From: Candidatus Cloacimonadales bacterium
GTDB taxonomy: Bacteria > Cloacimonadota > Cloacimonadia > Cloacimonadales > JAFGVF01
Length of the DNA: 64,000 nt
Assembly: GCA_963662585.1 (NCBI GenBank)
Contig: OY759729.1
Coordinates: 1,600,001-1,664,000, forward strand
Direction: 5' to 3'
Shown: piece by piece, positions 31,029 through 40,377 of the stretch
How the letters are laid out: every line of letters starts with the position of its first letter
Position numbering within the stretch: the first letter of the stretch is position 1
The notes under the pieces: model-generated
What the model saw: the letters and a program-made list of their open reading frames with translations, nothing else
Database searches by the model: none
What the model was told of the DNA's origin: nothing
Translations under genes and position numbers: made by a program

Positions 31029-32361
31029 TATCAACAACCTGGTTTTTATTATGTTTCTTTCCCCAATATAACTTTTTATCTGCTAGATCGATGATTTTAT
31101 TAATATGCTGATCTTCATCATAAATTGCTAAACCAAAAGTCATGGTAATATTAATCATCTTTCCATTATAGTTAAAATTATAATTTCTAATCTCTTGCAA
31201 TAGTCTATTCATAATATTTTTACCTGTTTCGAGATTAGATTCTGCTATGAAAATAACAAACTCTTCCCCACCCCATCTACAAAAGAAGTCTATCTTTCTC
31301 AAAGTTCCCTTTATCAAATTTGCCAAAGAGATTAAAATATAATCACCAGTCTCGTGTCCATAATTATCATTAACTAATTTAAAATCATCAATATCGCCAT
31401 AAGCAACGATGAAGGGAGACTTAGTTCTCTGGAATCTCAGTTGTTCATATTCAATTTTTTCTAAAAAGAACTTTCTATTAGGCGCTTGAGTTAGATAATC
31501 ATGTTTTGATAAAGCATTTACTTTTTCATAAGCAATTTTTAATTTATCATTATTAAACTCTAAATCTTTATAAGCTTTTTCCAGTCTTGAGTTTTGATCT
31601 ACAAGGTATTTGTGATATCTTTTTAAATCTGCATTAGCATTAACAAATTGACTAACATCTCTTATTACTACTGAATAACCTATTACTTTCGTTAGTTTAA
31701 ATACTTGATTAATTTTCAGACGGTAATGTTTTGATTTATCATCCCAATTACCTGCTAACTCAGCATAGTCACCATCAAGAGAGGCACAGTTTAGAATAGC
31801 TTCTTCCCAGAAGTTTCTATCTTTTTTGCTCATTTCATTAAACAAATGTTTTCCAAGAATTGGTGTTTCATTATAAATATTATGAAAGAAAGCTGAAAAT
31901 CTAGGATTAAAAATAAGTGTGTTCAGATCTTTGGTCAGAAAAGCTACACCTAAAATACTATTCATAAAAATACTATCTATATAATAGATAACATCGCTGA
32001 AATCAAAAGAACTATTATTCAAAAATGATGTTTCTAATATATCTACACCTTTTAAAGTTATTTTATTTTTAAATACTAATTCTAGTTGCTTTTCAGTAAC
32101 ATCTTCAGGAATAATTTCAAAAATATCGTGCTGATAAAAAATAATCACATCTTTAGGAGAAATTGTTACCCCGATAAGATTAAGCTTCTCTCTCATCTTT
32201 CCCAATTTCATAAGACTTTGGGCGTCGACGAAAATTAAGTCTGCTTGCTGGATATTATTACTATTCTCTTCAACTGTAAAGTTGAATTGAGCAGTAATTT
32301 TTTCAACAATCAACTTAAAACCTTCCGACTTAATCATATTATTAACCAATAGGTTTCGCAT
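31012..32361 (-). CDS. PAS-like plus coiled-coil GGDEF diguanylate cyclase
   Basis: DYLTQAPNR, DIDDFKLVNDNYGHETGD, RKID (RxxD I-site), RWGGEEF, ADKKLY.GK. Confidence 0.92.
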   Translation of the reverse strand: MRNLLVNNMIKSEGFKLIVEKITAQFNFTVEENSNNIQQADLIFVDAQSLMKLGKMREKLNLIGVTISPKDVIIFYQHDIFEIIPEDVTEKQLELVFKNKITLKGVDILETSFLNNSSFDFSDVIYYIDSIFMNSILGVAFLTKDLNTLIFNPRFSAFFHNIYNETPILGKHLFNEMSKKDRNFWEEAILNCASLDGDYAELAGNWDDKSKHYRLKINQVFKLTKVIGYSVVIRDVSQFVNANADLKRYHKYLVDQNSRLEKAYKDLEFNNDKLKIAYEKVNALSKHDYLTQAPNRKFFLEKIEYEQLRFQRTKSPFIVAYGDIDDFKLVNDNYGHETGDYILISLANLIKGTLRKIDFFCRWGGEEFVIFIAESNLETGKNIMNRLLQEIRNYNFNYNGKMINITMTFGLAIYDEDQHINKIIDLADKKLYWGKKHNKNQVVDIMFDK

Positions 32362-32488
32362 AATTTCCCCTGTAAAAGTTTAAGATAATATCACATTACA
32401 AAGATAGCACCTGAATTATAAGTTGTAAAGGACTTTTTTTTCTAACAAGACTTTCAGCATCAAAATGACTGGATAGTAGAGAAATATT

Positions 32489-32605
32489 TTATTAAAGAAA
32501 TTAATTATTATATTAACTTTTAAAGCCTTTATATTAACTTTTTTAATTTTAATATTAAATATATTAATAAATAGCTTGACACATTATTAATATTTTTAAT
32601 AAATT
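32489..32605 (+). promoter_or_regulatory. Phased direct repeats upstream of a TTGACA promoter of the DUF2089 operon
   Basis: tattaa recurs every 21 bp (32490, 32511, 32532, 32553); ttatattaactttt exact twice; TTGACA at 32576. Confidence 0.4.
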
Positions 32606-32621
32606 GATTTGTGAGGTGAAT

Positions 32622-32981
32622 ATGAAAAGAAATTTAACAAAATGTCCTGTGTGTGAAGGTGAATTAATTATTACTCGTTATGAATGTAATAATTGCCGAA
32701 CAAAAATAGAAGGCAACTTTCAGCAAAATGGATTTAGTGATTTGAACGATGAGCAAATTGAGTTTATCAAAGTGTTTTTGGTATCTCACGGAAGCATTAA
32801 AGAAGTGGAAAAAAGATTAGGAATATCTTATCCAACTGTAAAAAACAGGTTGTCGGAAATAGTAAAAGTGCTTACTGGCACTGATTTAGAAAAACCCAAG
32901 AACTTAGATATTTTAGAGTTGATTGAGCAGGGAGATATCTCAGTTGAAGATGCTTTGAAAATTATTGAAAAGGAGAAGTAA
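32622..32981 (+). CDS. DUF2089 family Zn-ribbon/HTH protein with SHOCT-like tail
   Basis: CPVC...CNNC, GSIKEVEKRLGISYPTVKNRL, ILELIEQGDISVEDA; ATG 32622 after GAGGTG. Confidence 0.9.
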   Translation: MKRNLTKCPVCEGELIITRYECNNCRTKIEGNFQQNGFSDLNDEQIEFIKVFLVSHGSIKEVEKRLGISYPTVKNRLSEIVKVLTGTDLEKPKNLDILELIEQGDISVEDALKIIEKEK

Positions 32982-32982
32982 A

Positions 32983-34305
32983 ATGAATTTTATGAAGTTT
33001 GAATTTAATTACCAAGGAAATTTTAAAGAACTTGATGTAAGAACTGAAAAATTGACAGTTGTCATCGCTAAAGGCCAGCCTGAAACAATTATGCTTAAAG
33101 GTGAGATTGCTATGGAGCAGGAAGTAAATTATTCTTGGACTGACGAAAAGTTAGTTGAAGTGATAACTTCTGAGAATAGAATAGCTATCGATACTTGTGA
33201 CTTGGAAGATGATTTAGAAGATAGAGGTATTGATTTAGAAAATTCTAAACTTCTTATTCTTGTTCCTGATAATTTAAAAATCAGAGTTGAATCTGAAATG
33301 GGTAAAATCCTCTTTGAACATTTAGTAGCAAATATTAACATAGACAGCGAAATTGGCTCTTTAACCCTAGATGAAGTTTCTGGTAGTGCAGAGATTGATT
33401 CCGAAATTGGTTCTATAAAGGTAAAAAAGGGTGACTTCCAAAACTTTTTTTGCTCTACTGAGGTTGGGAATATAGAGATTTTAGGAATTAAAGCAGTAGC
33501 CTTAAAATGTGAAACTGAAGTAGGTCAAATCAATATAAAAGAAGCAGAAGTATCCAATGCTACCATTAGTAGTGAAACAGGTAACATCGAATATCAACTA
33601 CTTCCTAACAAGCAAAATCAAACTAAAATATCAGCAGAAATCGGTAAAGTAAAAATTATCATTCCTCATGAAATTAACTTAGATTTAAAAGCAACTTCAG
33701 AAATGGGTTCGGTAAATTCTTCTCTTAAGAATGTTGTCTCTTCCCCAATAGATGATGGTGTAATCTTAAAAAGTGAAACAATAAATAATGAAGCAGGAAG
33801 TGCAACTATCAAGGTTACCACTGAAATTGGATCCATAACTCTACTTAATGAAGATACTCTTCCTAATGAAGAGAAAAGACAGTTTAAAAATAACAAGTTG
33901 AATGAGGAGATTAATCGAGCCATGAATGAAATGAGCAAAGTAACAAAAGTGCTAGGTTCTCCAGCCTTGAGAAAGTCCATTGGTGGCGCTTTTGCTAACT
34001 TGGGAGAAGTTATTAAGTCTAGTGTTCAAACAGCCTTAAAAGAGGCCGATATTACGATTAAAGAATCAATGAAAGATATGAAGGCTGATTTGCAACAGCA
34101 AAGACAAGATTATAAATCAGAAAATGTCCGTAACAGACAAGAAGCTCAACAAGAAAGAGATTTTTCTAGCAGAAATAGTTCGTATAGACCTGAAGATAGG
34201 TTATCAGATAATGAGAAAAGTAGATTAAAAATTCTCGATCTTCTTGAGCAAGGAAAAATAAGTCATGAACAGGCTGAGAAACTCCTTAAAGCAATAAATA
34301 AATAA
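32983..34305 (+). CDS. DUF4097 (Toastrack) beta-repeat protein with C-terminal SHOCT-like domain
   Basis: Repeated (S/T)E(I/V/M)G(S/K/N)I units; KILDLLEQGKISHEQAEKLL at the C-terminus; AGGAG RBS. Confidence 0.85.
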   Translation: MNFMKFEFNYQGNFKELDVRTEKLTVVIAKGQPETIMLKGEIAMEQEVNYSWTDEKLVEVITSENRIAIDTCDLEDDLEDRGIDLENSKLLILVPDNLKIRVESEMGKILFEHLVANINIDSEIGSLTLDEVSGSAEIDSEIGSIKVKKGDFQNFFCSTEVGNIEILGIKAVALKCETEVGQINIKEAEVSNATISSETGNIEYQLLPNKQNQTKISAEIGKVKIIIPHEINLDLKATSEMGSVNSSLKNVVSSPIDDGVILKSETINNEAGSATIKVTTEIGSITLLNEDTLPNEEKRQFKNNKLNEEINRAMNEMSKVTKVLGSPALRKSIGGAFANLGEVIKSSVQTALKEADITIKESMKDMKADLQQQRQDYKSENVRNRQEAQQERDFSSRNSSYRPEDRLSDNEKSRLKILDLLEQGKISHEQAEKLLKAINK

Positions 34306-34333
34306 ATAAATAAGATCTCTAAGCTATTATAAT

Positions 34334-34410
34334 TGAACCCAAGTTTTGCAGTAGAACTTCAATGAAAATATTGTTCTATACCTGAAGTTTTTCTGCCTTA
34401 CATGGGTTCA
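34334..34410. repeat. Imperfect palindrome (family B, GTAGA-containing)
   Basis: tgaaccca/tgggttca and gcagtagaacttca/tgaagtttttctgc nested inverted repeats. Confidence 0.5.
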
Positions 34411-34429
34411 TTATCTTATCATTCCTTCC

Positions 34430-34507
34430 TCTTCCCCTCCTTCTTAATACTCATCTTAATTAAAAATCGAATAATATTTTGGATGAGTGATAAGGAGCAT
34501 GGGAAGA
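34430..34507. repeat. Palindromic intergenic repeat (family A)
   Basis: tcttccc/gggaaga and actcatc/gatgagt arms; gatgagtgataaggag is 15/16 identical to 14575-14590. Confidence 0.55.
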
Positions 34508-34530
34508 CAAAACAAAGAGGATAAAACATA

Positions 34531-34695
34531 ATCCCGAATGGTGCAGTAGAGCTTTACAGAAGAGTGCAGATTCTTTTAGATAAAGGTTTTACAGAATTTA
34601 TCAGCCTATAATATATATACTCTGAGAAATTATGTAAAATGCTTTAGCAAATGAATATAGTGCTATTCTAAAAGATTTACTGCATTATTTGGGAT
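34531..34695 (+). repeat. 165-nt long hairpin element (family B)
   Basis: 25-nt terminal arms with 20 Watson-Crick pairs, 4 G-T pairs and 1 mismatch on the plus strand; inner arms at 34581-34599 and 34627-34646. Confidence 0.6.
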
Positions 34696-34699
34696 AATG

Positions 34700-34727
34700 A
34701 AAAGAAGGGAAGTAAATCCCTTCTTTT
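34700..34727. terminator. Bidirectional intrinsic terminator downstream of pirin
   Basis: aaaagaaggga-agtaaa-tcccttctttt perfect inverted repeat between convergent genes. Confidence 0.7.
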
Positions 34728-34759
34728 GTGGAAAAAAATCAACACTTTTCGCTTACAAT

Positions 34760-35455
34760 CTATTTAGGTAATTCAATAATCATAAAATGACTATCCCCTT
34801 TTGCTGTAACCTTAACATCTTCATCAAATATCTCTGCGCCATCACCTTCATATAGATTTACAGTATTTAAGACAGAAGATCCTTCAATCTGTACAAAATA
34901 GACTTGTCTGTTAAGCTTTATTCTAAAATCAAGGGACTGCTTAGCTTCTAATGAGCTGACGAAGATATTAGCGTCTTGATTAATTTTTACAGGGGCTTCT
35001 CCTTCTAAAGATGACACTATAGGCATCAACTTATTGATTCTATCTTCCCATTGATAATCCATATCTCCATAATTGGCTTCTAAATCTTTTTGGTTAGGAA
35101 AAATCCAGATTTGAAGTAAACGAGTAGTCTTATTCCCATAATTATATTCACTATGTTGAACTCCAGTACCAGCACTCATGTATTGAACTTGTCCGCGTTT
35201 TACTACTCTCTTATTTCCCATACTATCTTGATGAGTTAATTCCCCTGCTACCACATAAGAGATAATTTCCATATCTTTATGTGGATGCATCTCAAAACCA
35301 CTATTAGGTAAAATTAAATCATCATTTATTACTCTCAAATTCCCAAAGTGAATTCTTTTTGGATCATAATATTGAGCAAAAGAGAAATGAAATCTACTCT
35401 TTAACCAGCCTAAATCAGACTTACCTAACTTATCAACTCTATATATTTTAATCAT
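34760..35455 (-). CDS. Pirin family protein (YhhW-like)
   Basis: WLKSRFHFSFAQYYDP, LRVINDD, HPHKDMEI, HQDSMGN, MSAGTGVQHSE, LQIWI. Confidence 0.95.
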   Translation of the reverse strand: MIKIYRVDKLGKSDLGWLKSRFHFSFAQYYDPKRIHFGNLRVINDDLILPNSGFEMHPHKDMEIISYVVAGELTHQDSMGNKRVVKRGQVQYMSAGTGVQHSEYNYGNKTTRLLQIWIFPNQKDLEANYGDMDYQWEDRINKLMPIVSSLEGEAPVKINQDANIFVSSLEAKQSLDFRIKLNRQVYFVQIEGSSVLNTVNLYEGDGAEIFDEDVKVTAKGDSHFMIIELPK

Positions 35456-35816
35456 TATTTATCTCCTTTCGGTTTGTTAAAATATAGCTTGATTTGGATA
35501 AATAGCAAATTGGACTCCTGGTGTTTCTAGGGCAGAGTGGATTCTTTACGGGTTTGTGGGCAAGACTATGTAAAAAATCCTCTTTCAGCTCAAAAAGCTA
35601 TATGAAAAGGGGGAAGCATTAGCAGAAGAATCTCCACTCTTCACTGAAGCTCTACCCCACTATCTGGTATTATATAAAAAAAGGATAAAACTAATTTGAA
35701 GTTTATACATTTTTCTCTTAGTCTACCAGTAATTAAATATAAATAATAGCTATCAATTAAGGAATACAATTTGCATAATTAAATATAAACTAAGATATAG
35801 ATTATTGGAGGATGAA

Positions 35817-38639
35817 ATGAAAAAGTTTGTTGCAATGTTCTGTTTGAGTATATTAAGTCTAATTAATGTTTTAGTTGCCCAGACAAACTGGGATAATTCT
35901 GCCTGTTTATATCAATCTAATAAAACAAATTTACTTTTGAGAGAGGAAATATCGACAGGAACAATAATATTCTTCGAAGTAAATAATCAACTATTCTTAG
36001 AAAAATTCACTAGCACTGGGAGTCCAATCTTGGATGAAGCTTTTAATGTAGGTATTGGCAACAGTGAACAAGGACCTTTCAATATTACAAAAAGTGATGA
36101 CAACAACTTTCTCATTTACTGGAGAGAAGACAATTCCCTCAAAGTAAGTAAAATCACAGAAGCAGGGACAGAAGTGTGGAACTCTACATTAGATATATCC
36201 CTAATTAATTATGCGGACCAAAGTATTTATGAGTCTCAAATAGTAGTAGAGGAAGGGTTAGCCCATTTATTGATAAATTTTAGTAATGACGACTACGAAA
36301 ATAGTCTTGTTCATTATCAAATTGAGACAAGTAGTAGTAGTCCTCAATTAGAGAATGAAGCTCTAATCTATGAAGCTTATAATCTTGTATCTTTTACAGG
36401 AGAAGTTACAAGTGATGGTTTAAACTTAATGTGGCTTCAGCCTAGTGCAGGGATTCTTAATGTTATGAGAGGTGAAATAATATATCAGATAGATGATATC
36501 AATGGCTGGGATGATACTCCATGGGGAGAATTCTCTCTTTATAAAAAAGGAAAAATAGTTGAGATAAACGCAGAAAAAACTATTTATGCCTTACTCAGTA
36601 AAAACTTTTATGCTAGCCAAAGGAACAACCGAGGTCTCTTTATCTATAATGAAATTGATTCAACCTTCACAAATATTGAATTAGATAGTGCTATAATTGA
36701 TATTCAGAAGATTTCAGAAACTGAATTTCTTACTGTAAATATGACAGATACTTCTAACTTTTTTAACAGATACGATCTGGTAGGAGAACTAATCTCTACT
36801 ACAGAAATAAATCACAGTTTTGGAGCTATTTTTGATGGGTGGGATTTTATTATAGATGAAATCAGGAGTATTGATTCCAAATTGGAAGATGACCAATATA
36901 AGCTTGCTATTGCTACTCTAAATTACAGCTCTTATGAGCATAAGTATCGCCCAAGCTTAATTGTGTTTGATTATAATTTAGAGAATGCTAGTTGCCTCTC
37001 GATAGCAAATATTATACCACAATCTGATTATCTTGATAATTCAGCTGTATTTGTCCATTTAGGAGAGTCGGAAGTATCACTTTTGAATAAGTTGAATTTT
37101 GGTACATATTCTGCTTACAAACAGTATTATAGTCCTTATATAAATACTTCACAGGTAACAGTTAATCCTTATGAAATATGCAAAACCTATCCTCACAAAG
37201 TAAGTAAATTAAATTCATTTTCCTGGAACGGCAGTAACCAGGTGTTGATGAAATATACCGGAATTATATATGAAGTTGCCGTTAGTGAAAACGCAGAAAT
37301 TGAGACAGCAATGCTAACTGAAGAGTTTACATATCCAATAATCTCCCAATATCGTCTTCATAAAGTTTTTGATAACAAATATTTGTTTCATTATTCTTGG
37401 GAAGATTATCATTCACATGAATACCAACGATTAAAAGTTTATAATACTGATGGTTCTAGCAGTTTTACTAACTTGGTTAGTAGCGATTATCACCTCAATT
37501 CTATTAGTAGTCTTAATGATGGAGATGGTTGGTTTGCTTATAGTATTGATAATTTTATGTTTCATAGAATTGAAGACACTATATTTCAGACAGATTTTTC
37601 TGAGCCGATAGAAGACCGTGAGCTGTTAGCAATAGAAGGTAATTATCTAATTCTACGGGCTAGTAATCAGTTTAGATTAACCGAAATTGATAATAATGGA
37701 GAAATTGTTGAGGGTGGACTAGCGGGTGGTTTTGTCTTCACCTCAGAATATGATTTTTCTTCAGATAATGTTTCCTTAAATTCCTATGAAGATAAGCTGA
37801 TATTCTCCTATCATACAGATGGACTTTATAAAATATTTGTTATTAATCCTCAAGACCTTTCAGCAACTGTCTCTTACTCTTTAGAATCTTGTGAGCTTCC
37901 TACTTATGATCATAAAGATAATAACAGGAAAACAGAATTTGTTATGGGTAATAAATTCTACTTTATTGATAATCTTAATGGTAATTTGAATATGACCTGT
38001 TTTGATTTAGCTAATGACTTTGCCCAAGTATGTCAGACAAACATTGCTGAGAATGTTATGAGTGACTTCGTTATTGAAAAGTTAAATAATAGATTTGTTG
38101 TTGCTTATACTCAAGGTACTGAAGGAAGCGAAAGAGTTTATCTCAGAACCATTAGTTTTTTGGGTAATAGTGATCAGTATGAAGAGGGCTATGCTTTACC
38201 TTTAAACTTAGAGAGTCAGTACGGTCCTACTATAAGTGTGCTTGATGATAACACAATCTTCGTTAACAGAATTGAGAATAATTCAGCTGATAATCCTGGT
38301 GTTTATTGTGATTTAATAGACCTTAGTTACTTTGTTCCTAATAGCTCTGAAGATGTGTCCCCTCTTACTTTCTCAGCTTCAAATTATCCAAATCCTTTTA
38401 ACCCAGAGACTACTATTTCTTATAATCTTACTAAAGCTGGAGTTACTAAAGTTGAGGTCTTTAATTTGAAAGGTCAATTAGTAAAGACTTTAGTTAATGA
38501 AGTACAAGCTCAAGGTAATCAAAAGGTTATTTGGAGAGGTAATAATAATCAAGATAAACAGGTAAGCTCAGGAATTTATCTATATAAAATTAAAAATACA
38601 GGTGGTGTTATAAGTGGGAAGATGGTGTTGATGAAATAG
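35817..38639 (+). CDS. Secreted protein with C-terminal T9SS-type A-like/FlgD-Ig sorting domain
   Basis: Signal peptide; C-terminal NYPNPFNPETTISY...VFNLKGQLVK...SSGIYLYKI...KMVLMK; GGAGGA RBS before ATG 35817. Confidence 0.85.
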   Translation: MKKFVAMFCLSILSLINVLVAQTNWDNSACLYQSNKTNLLLREEISTGTIIFFEVNNQLFLEKFTSTGSPILDEAFNVGIGNSEQGPFNITKSDDNNFLIYWREDNSLKVSKITEAGTEVWNSTLDISLINYADQSIYESQIVVEEGLAHLLINFSNDDYENSLVHYQIETSSSSPQLENEALIYEAYNLVSFTGEVTSDGLNLMWLQPSAGILNVMRGEIIYQIDDINGWDDTPWGEFSLYKKGKIVEINAEKTIYALLSKNFYASQRNNRGLFIYNEIDSTFTNIELDSAIIDIQKISETEFLTVNMTDTSNFFNRYDLVGELISTTEINHSFGAIFDGWDFIIDEIRSIDSKLEDDQYKLAIATLNYSSYEHKYRPSLIVFDYNLENASCLSIANIIPQSDYLDNSAVFVHLGESEVSLLNKLNFGTYSAYKQYYSPYINTSQVTVNPYEICKTYPHKVSKLNSFSWNGSNQVLMKYTGIIYEVAVSENAEIETAMLTEEFTYPIISQYRLHKVFDNKYLFHYSWEDYHSHEYQRLKVYNTDGSSSFTNLVSSDYHLNSISSLNDGDGWFAYSIDNFMFHRIEDTIFQTDFSEPIEDRELLAIEGNYLILRASNQFRLTEIDNNGEIVEGGLAGGFVFTSEYDFSSDNVSLNSYEDKLIFSYHTDGLYKIFVINPQDLSATVSYSLESCELPTYDHKDNNRKTEFVMGNKFYFIDNLNGNLNMTCFDLANDFAQVCQTNIAENVMSDFVIEKLNNRFVVAYTQGTEGSERVYLRTISFLGNSDQYEEGYALPLNLESQYGPTISVLDDNTIFVNRIENNSADNPGVYCDLIDLSYFVPNSSEDVSPLTFSASNYPNPFNPETTISYNLTKAGVTKVEVFNLKGQLVKTLVNEVQAQGNQKVIWRGNNNQDKQVSSGIYLYKIKNTGGVISGKMVLMK

Positions 38640-38934
38640 GGTTTTGCTTCGCAAAAGTGAAAAGTTGAAGAATAGTACTTTCGCAAGACTTAAGAAACTC
38701 TTGTTATAAAAGTTTATATTTCTCACACTAACTGGCATTGCTTGTACACTGACCCCTATTAATTTAAGTCAATAATTCTTCTCTATATTATTAATGCTAT
38801 CTATGCTAATGTTTCTAGATTCTTATCTGTAATAATCAGTGTATTCAGTGTTCAATTCTTTTTTCCCTTGACTACAAGGCTTTCTTTCAGATTAGATACT
38901 TTTAATTAAGTACAAAATGGAGAATTATCAATAG

Positions 38935-40368
38935 ATGCTCTTTAATTCATTTATATTTTTAATATTTTTAGGGGTAGTTTTACCTATATTTTATCTTTTA
39001 CCTAACAAGCGAAGTAAGAATCTATTTCTTCTTCTCAGTAGTTATTTTTTCTATGGTTACTGGGATTGGAAATTTTGCTCATTATTAGCAATTTCTACAA
39101 TTGTTGATTACTATTTAGGGAAAAAACTCTTTAACGAGCAGAGAGAAAAGCAAAGAAAAATCTATTTAACAATGAGTATGATTGTTAATTTAGGTTTATT
39201 GGGAGTATTTAAATACTTTAATTTCTTTGTTGATAGCTTTTCTAACTTAACAAGTAATTTTGGCTATGATTTAGATTTTTTACATCTAAATATTATTTTA
39301 CCTGTTGGAATTTCCTTCTACACTTTTCAAACTATGTCATACACTATTGATATCTATAAGAAGCAATTAGAACCTACTAATTCATTTATTGATTTTGCTC
39401 TATTTGTATCATTTTTCCCACAATTAGTAGCTGGTCCAATTGAAAGAGCAAGTAATCTATTACCTCAGCTCCATCATAAACTAGCACCTAATAAAGAGCA
39501 AATCCAAAAAGGAATAGTTTTAATTATCACGGGATTGTTTAAGAAGGTTATGGTAGGTGATACAACTGGAAGATATGTTGATCAACTATTTGGGAATCCT
39601 GAACTCTACAAATCACCAGAATTATTAGCAGGTTTAGTACTATTTTCAATCCAAATCTATGCAGATTTCTCAGGTTACAGCAATATTGCTCGCGGTACAG
39701 CCAAATTATTAGGTGTAGAATTGATGAAAAACTTTGAACAACCCTATCTTTCAACAAATATTACAGAATTTTGGCGAAGATGGCATATCTCACTATCTAG
39801 CTGGCTAAAAGATTATCTCTATATTTCCTTAGGGGGTAACAGAAAAGGTAAAGTTAGGACCTATATCAATCTTTTCACGACTATGCTACTTGGTGGTCTA
39901 TGGCATGGGGCAGCTTGGACTTTCGTTATCTGGGGCGGACTTCATGGAATTTACTTGGCAATTCACAAAGCGATTCTGGGAAATAGAAAAATTAATATTT
40001 CTTATAGATATACAGGAATTATTAGTCTATTGAATTTCTCAGTTAAATGCATATTCACTAATATTTTAGTTCTATTTACTTGGCTTTTCTTTAGAGTTAA
40101 GAGTTTAGCTGAAGCAAAATATTTCCTAAGTAAGATGATTCATTGGGAATCTAGTGAATTAACAGGTATATTTATCAGAATCACCTTAACATTTGTGTTA
40201 GTAAACTTCTTGATCGATTTCTTTGAATACAAAACTAATAAACACACTCCAATTCTGCTAATTCCAAATTACGGCTTTCAGTATGGAATATTATTAGTTC
40301 TATTAGGAACAACCTTGCTTTATATGTTCCAATCAACTCCACTACCATTTGTTTACTTTCAATTTTAA
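38935..40368 (+). CDS. MBOAT family O-acyltransferase (AlgI/PatA/DltB-like)
   Basis: MLFNS, FKY.NFF, LPVGISFYTFQ, FFPQLVAGPIER, DFSGYS, FWRRWHISLS, GLWHGA. Confidence 0.95.
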   Translation: MLFNSFIFLIFLGVVLPIFYLLPNKRSKNLFLLLSSYFFYGYWDWKFCSLLAISTIVDYYLGKKLFNEQREKQRKIYLTMSMIVNLGLLGVFKYFNFFVDSFSNLTSNFGYDLDFLHLNIILPVGISFYTFQTMSYTIDIYKKQLEPTNSFIDFALFVSFFPQLVAGPIERASNLLPQLHHKLAPNKEQIQKGIVLIITGLFKKVMVGDTTGRYVDQLFGNPELYKSPELLAGLVLFSIQIYADFSGYSNIARGTAKLLGVELMKNFEQPYLSTNITEFWRRWHISLSSWLKDYLYISLGGNRKGKVRTYINLFTTMLLGGLWHGAAWTFVIWGGLHGIYLAIHKAILGNRKINISYRYTGIISLLNFSVKCIFTNILVLFTWLFFRVKSLAEAKYFLSKMIHWESSELTGIFIRITLTFVLVNFLIDFFEYKTNKHTPILLIPNYGFQYGILLVLLGTTLLYMFQSTPLPFVYFQF

Positions 40369-40377
40369 GAGGTTATT

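Noticed and set aside
35500..35670. Riboswitch in the pirin leader
   Set aside because: No known aptamer consensus recognised; the sequence matches the dispersed palindromic repeat also present downstream of the gene.
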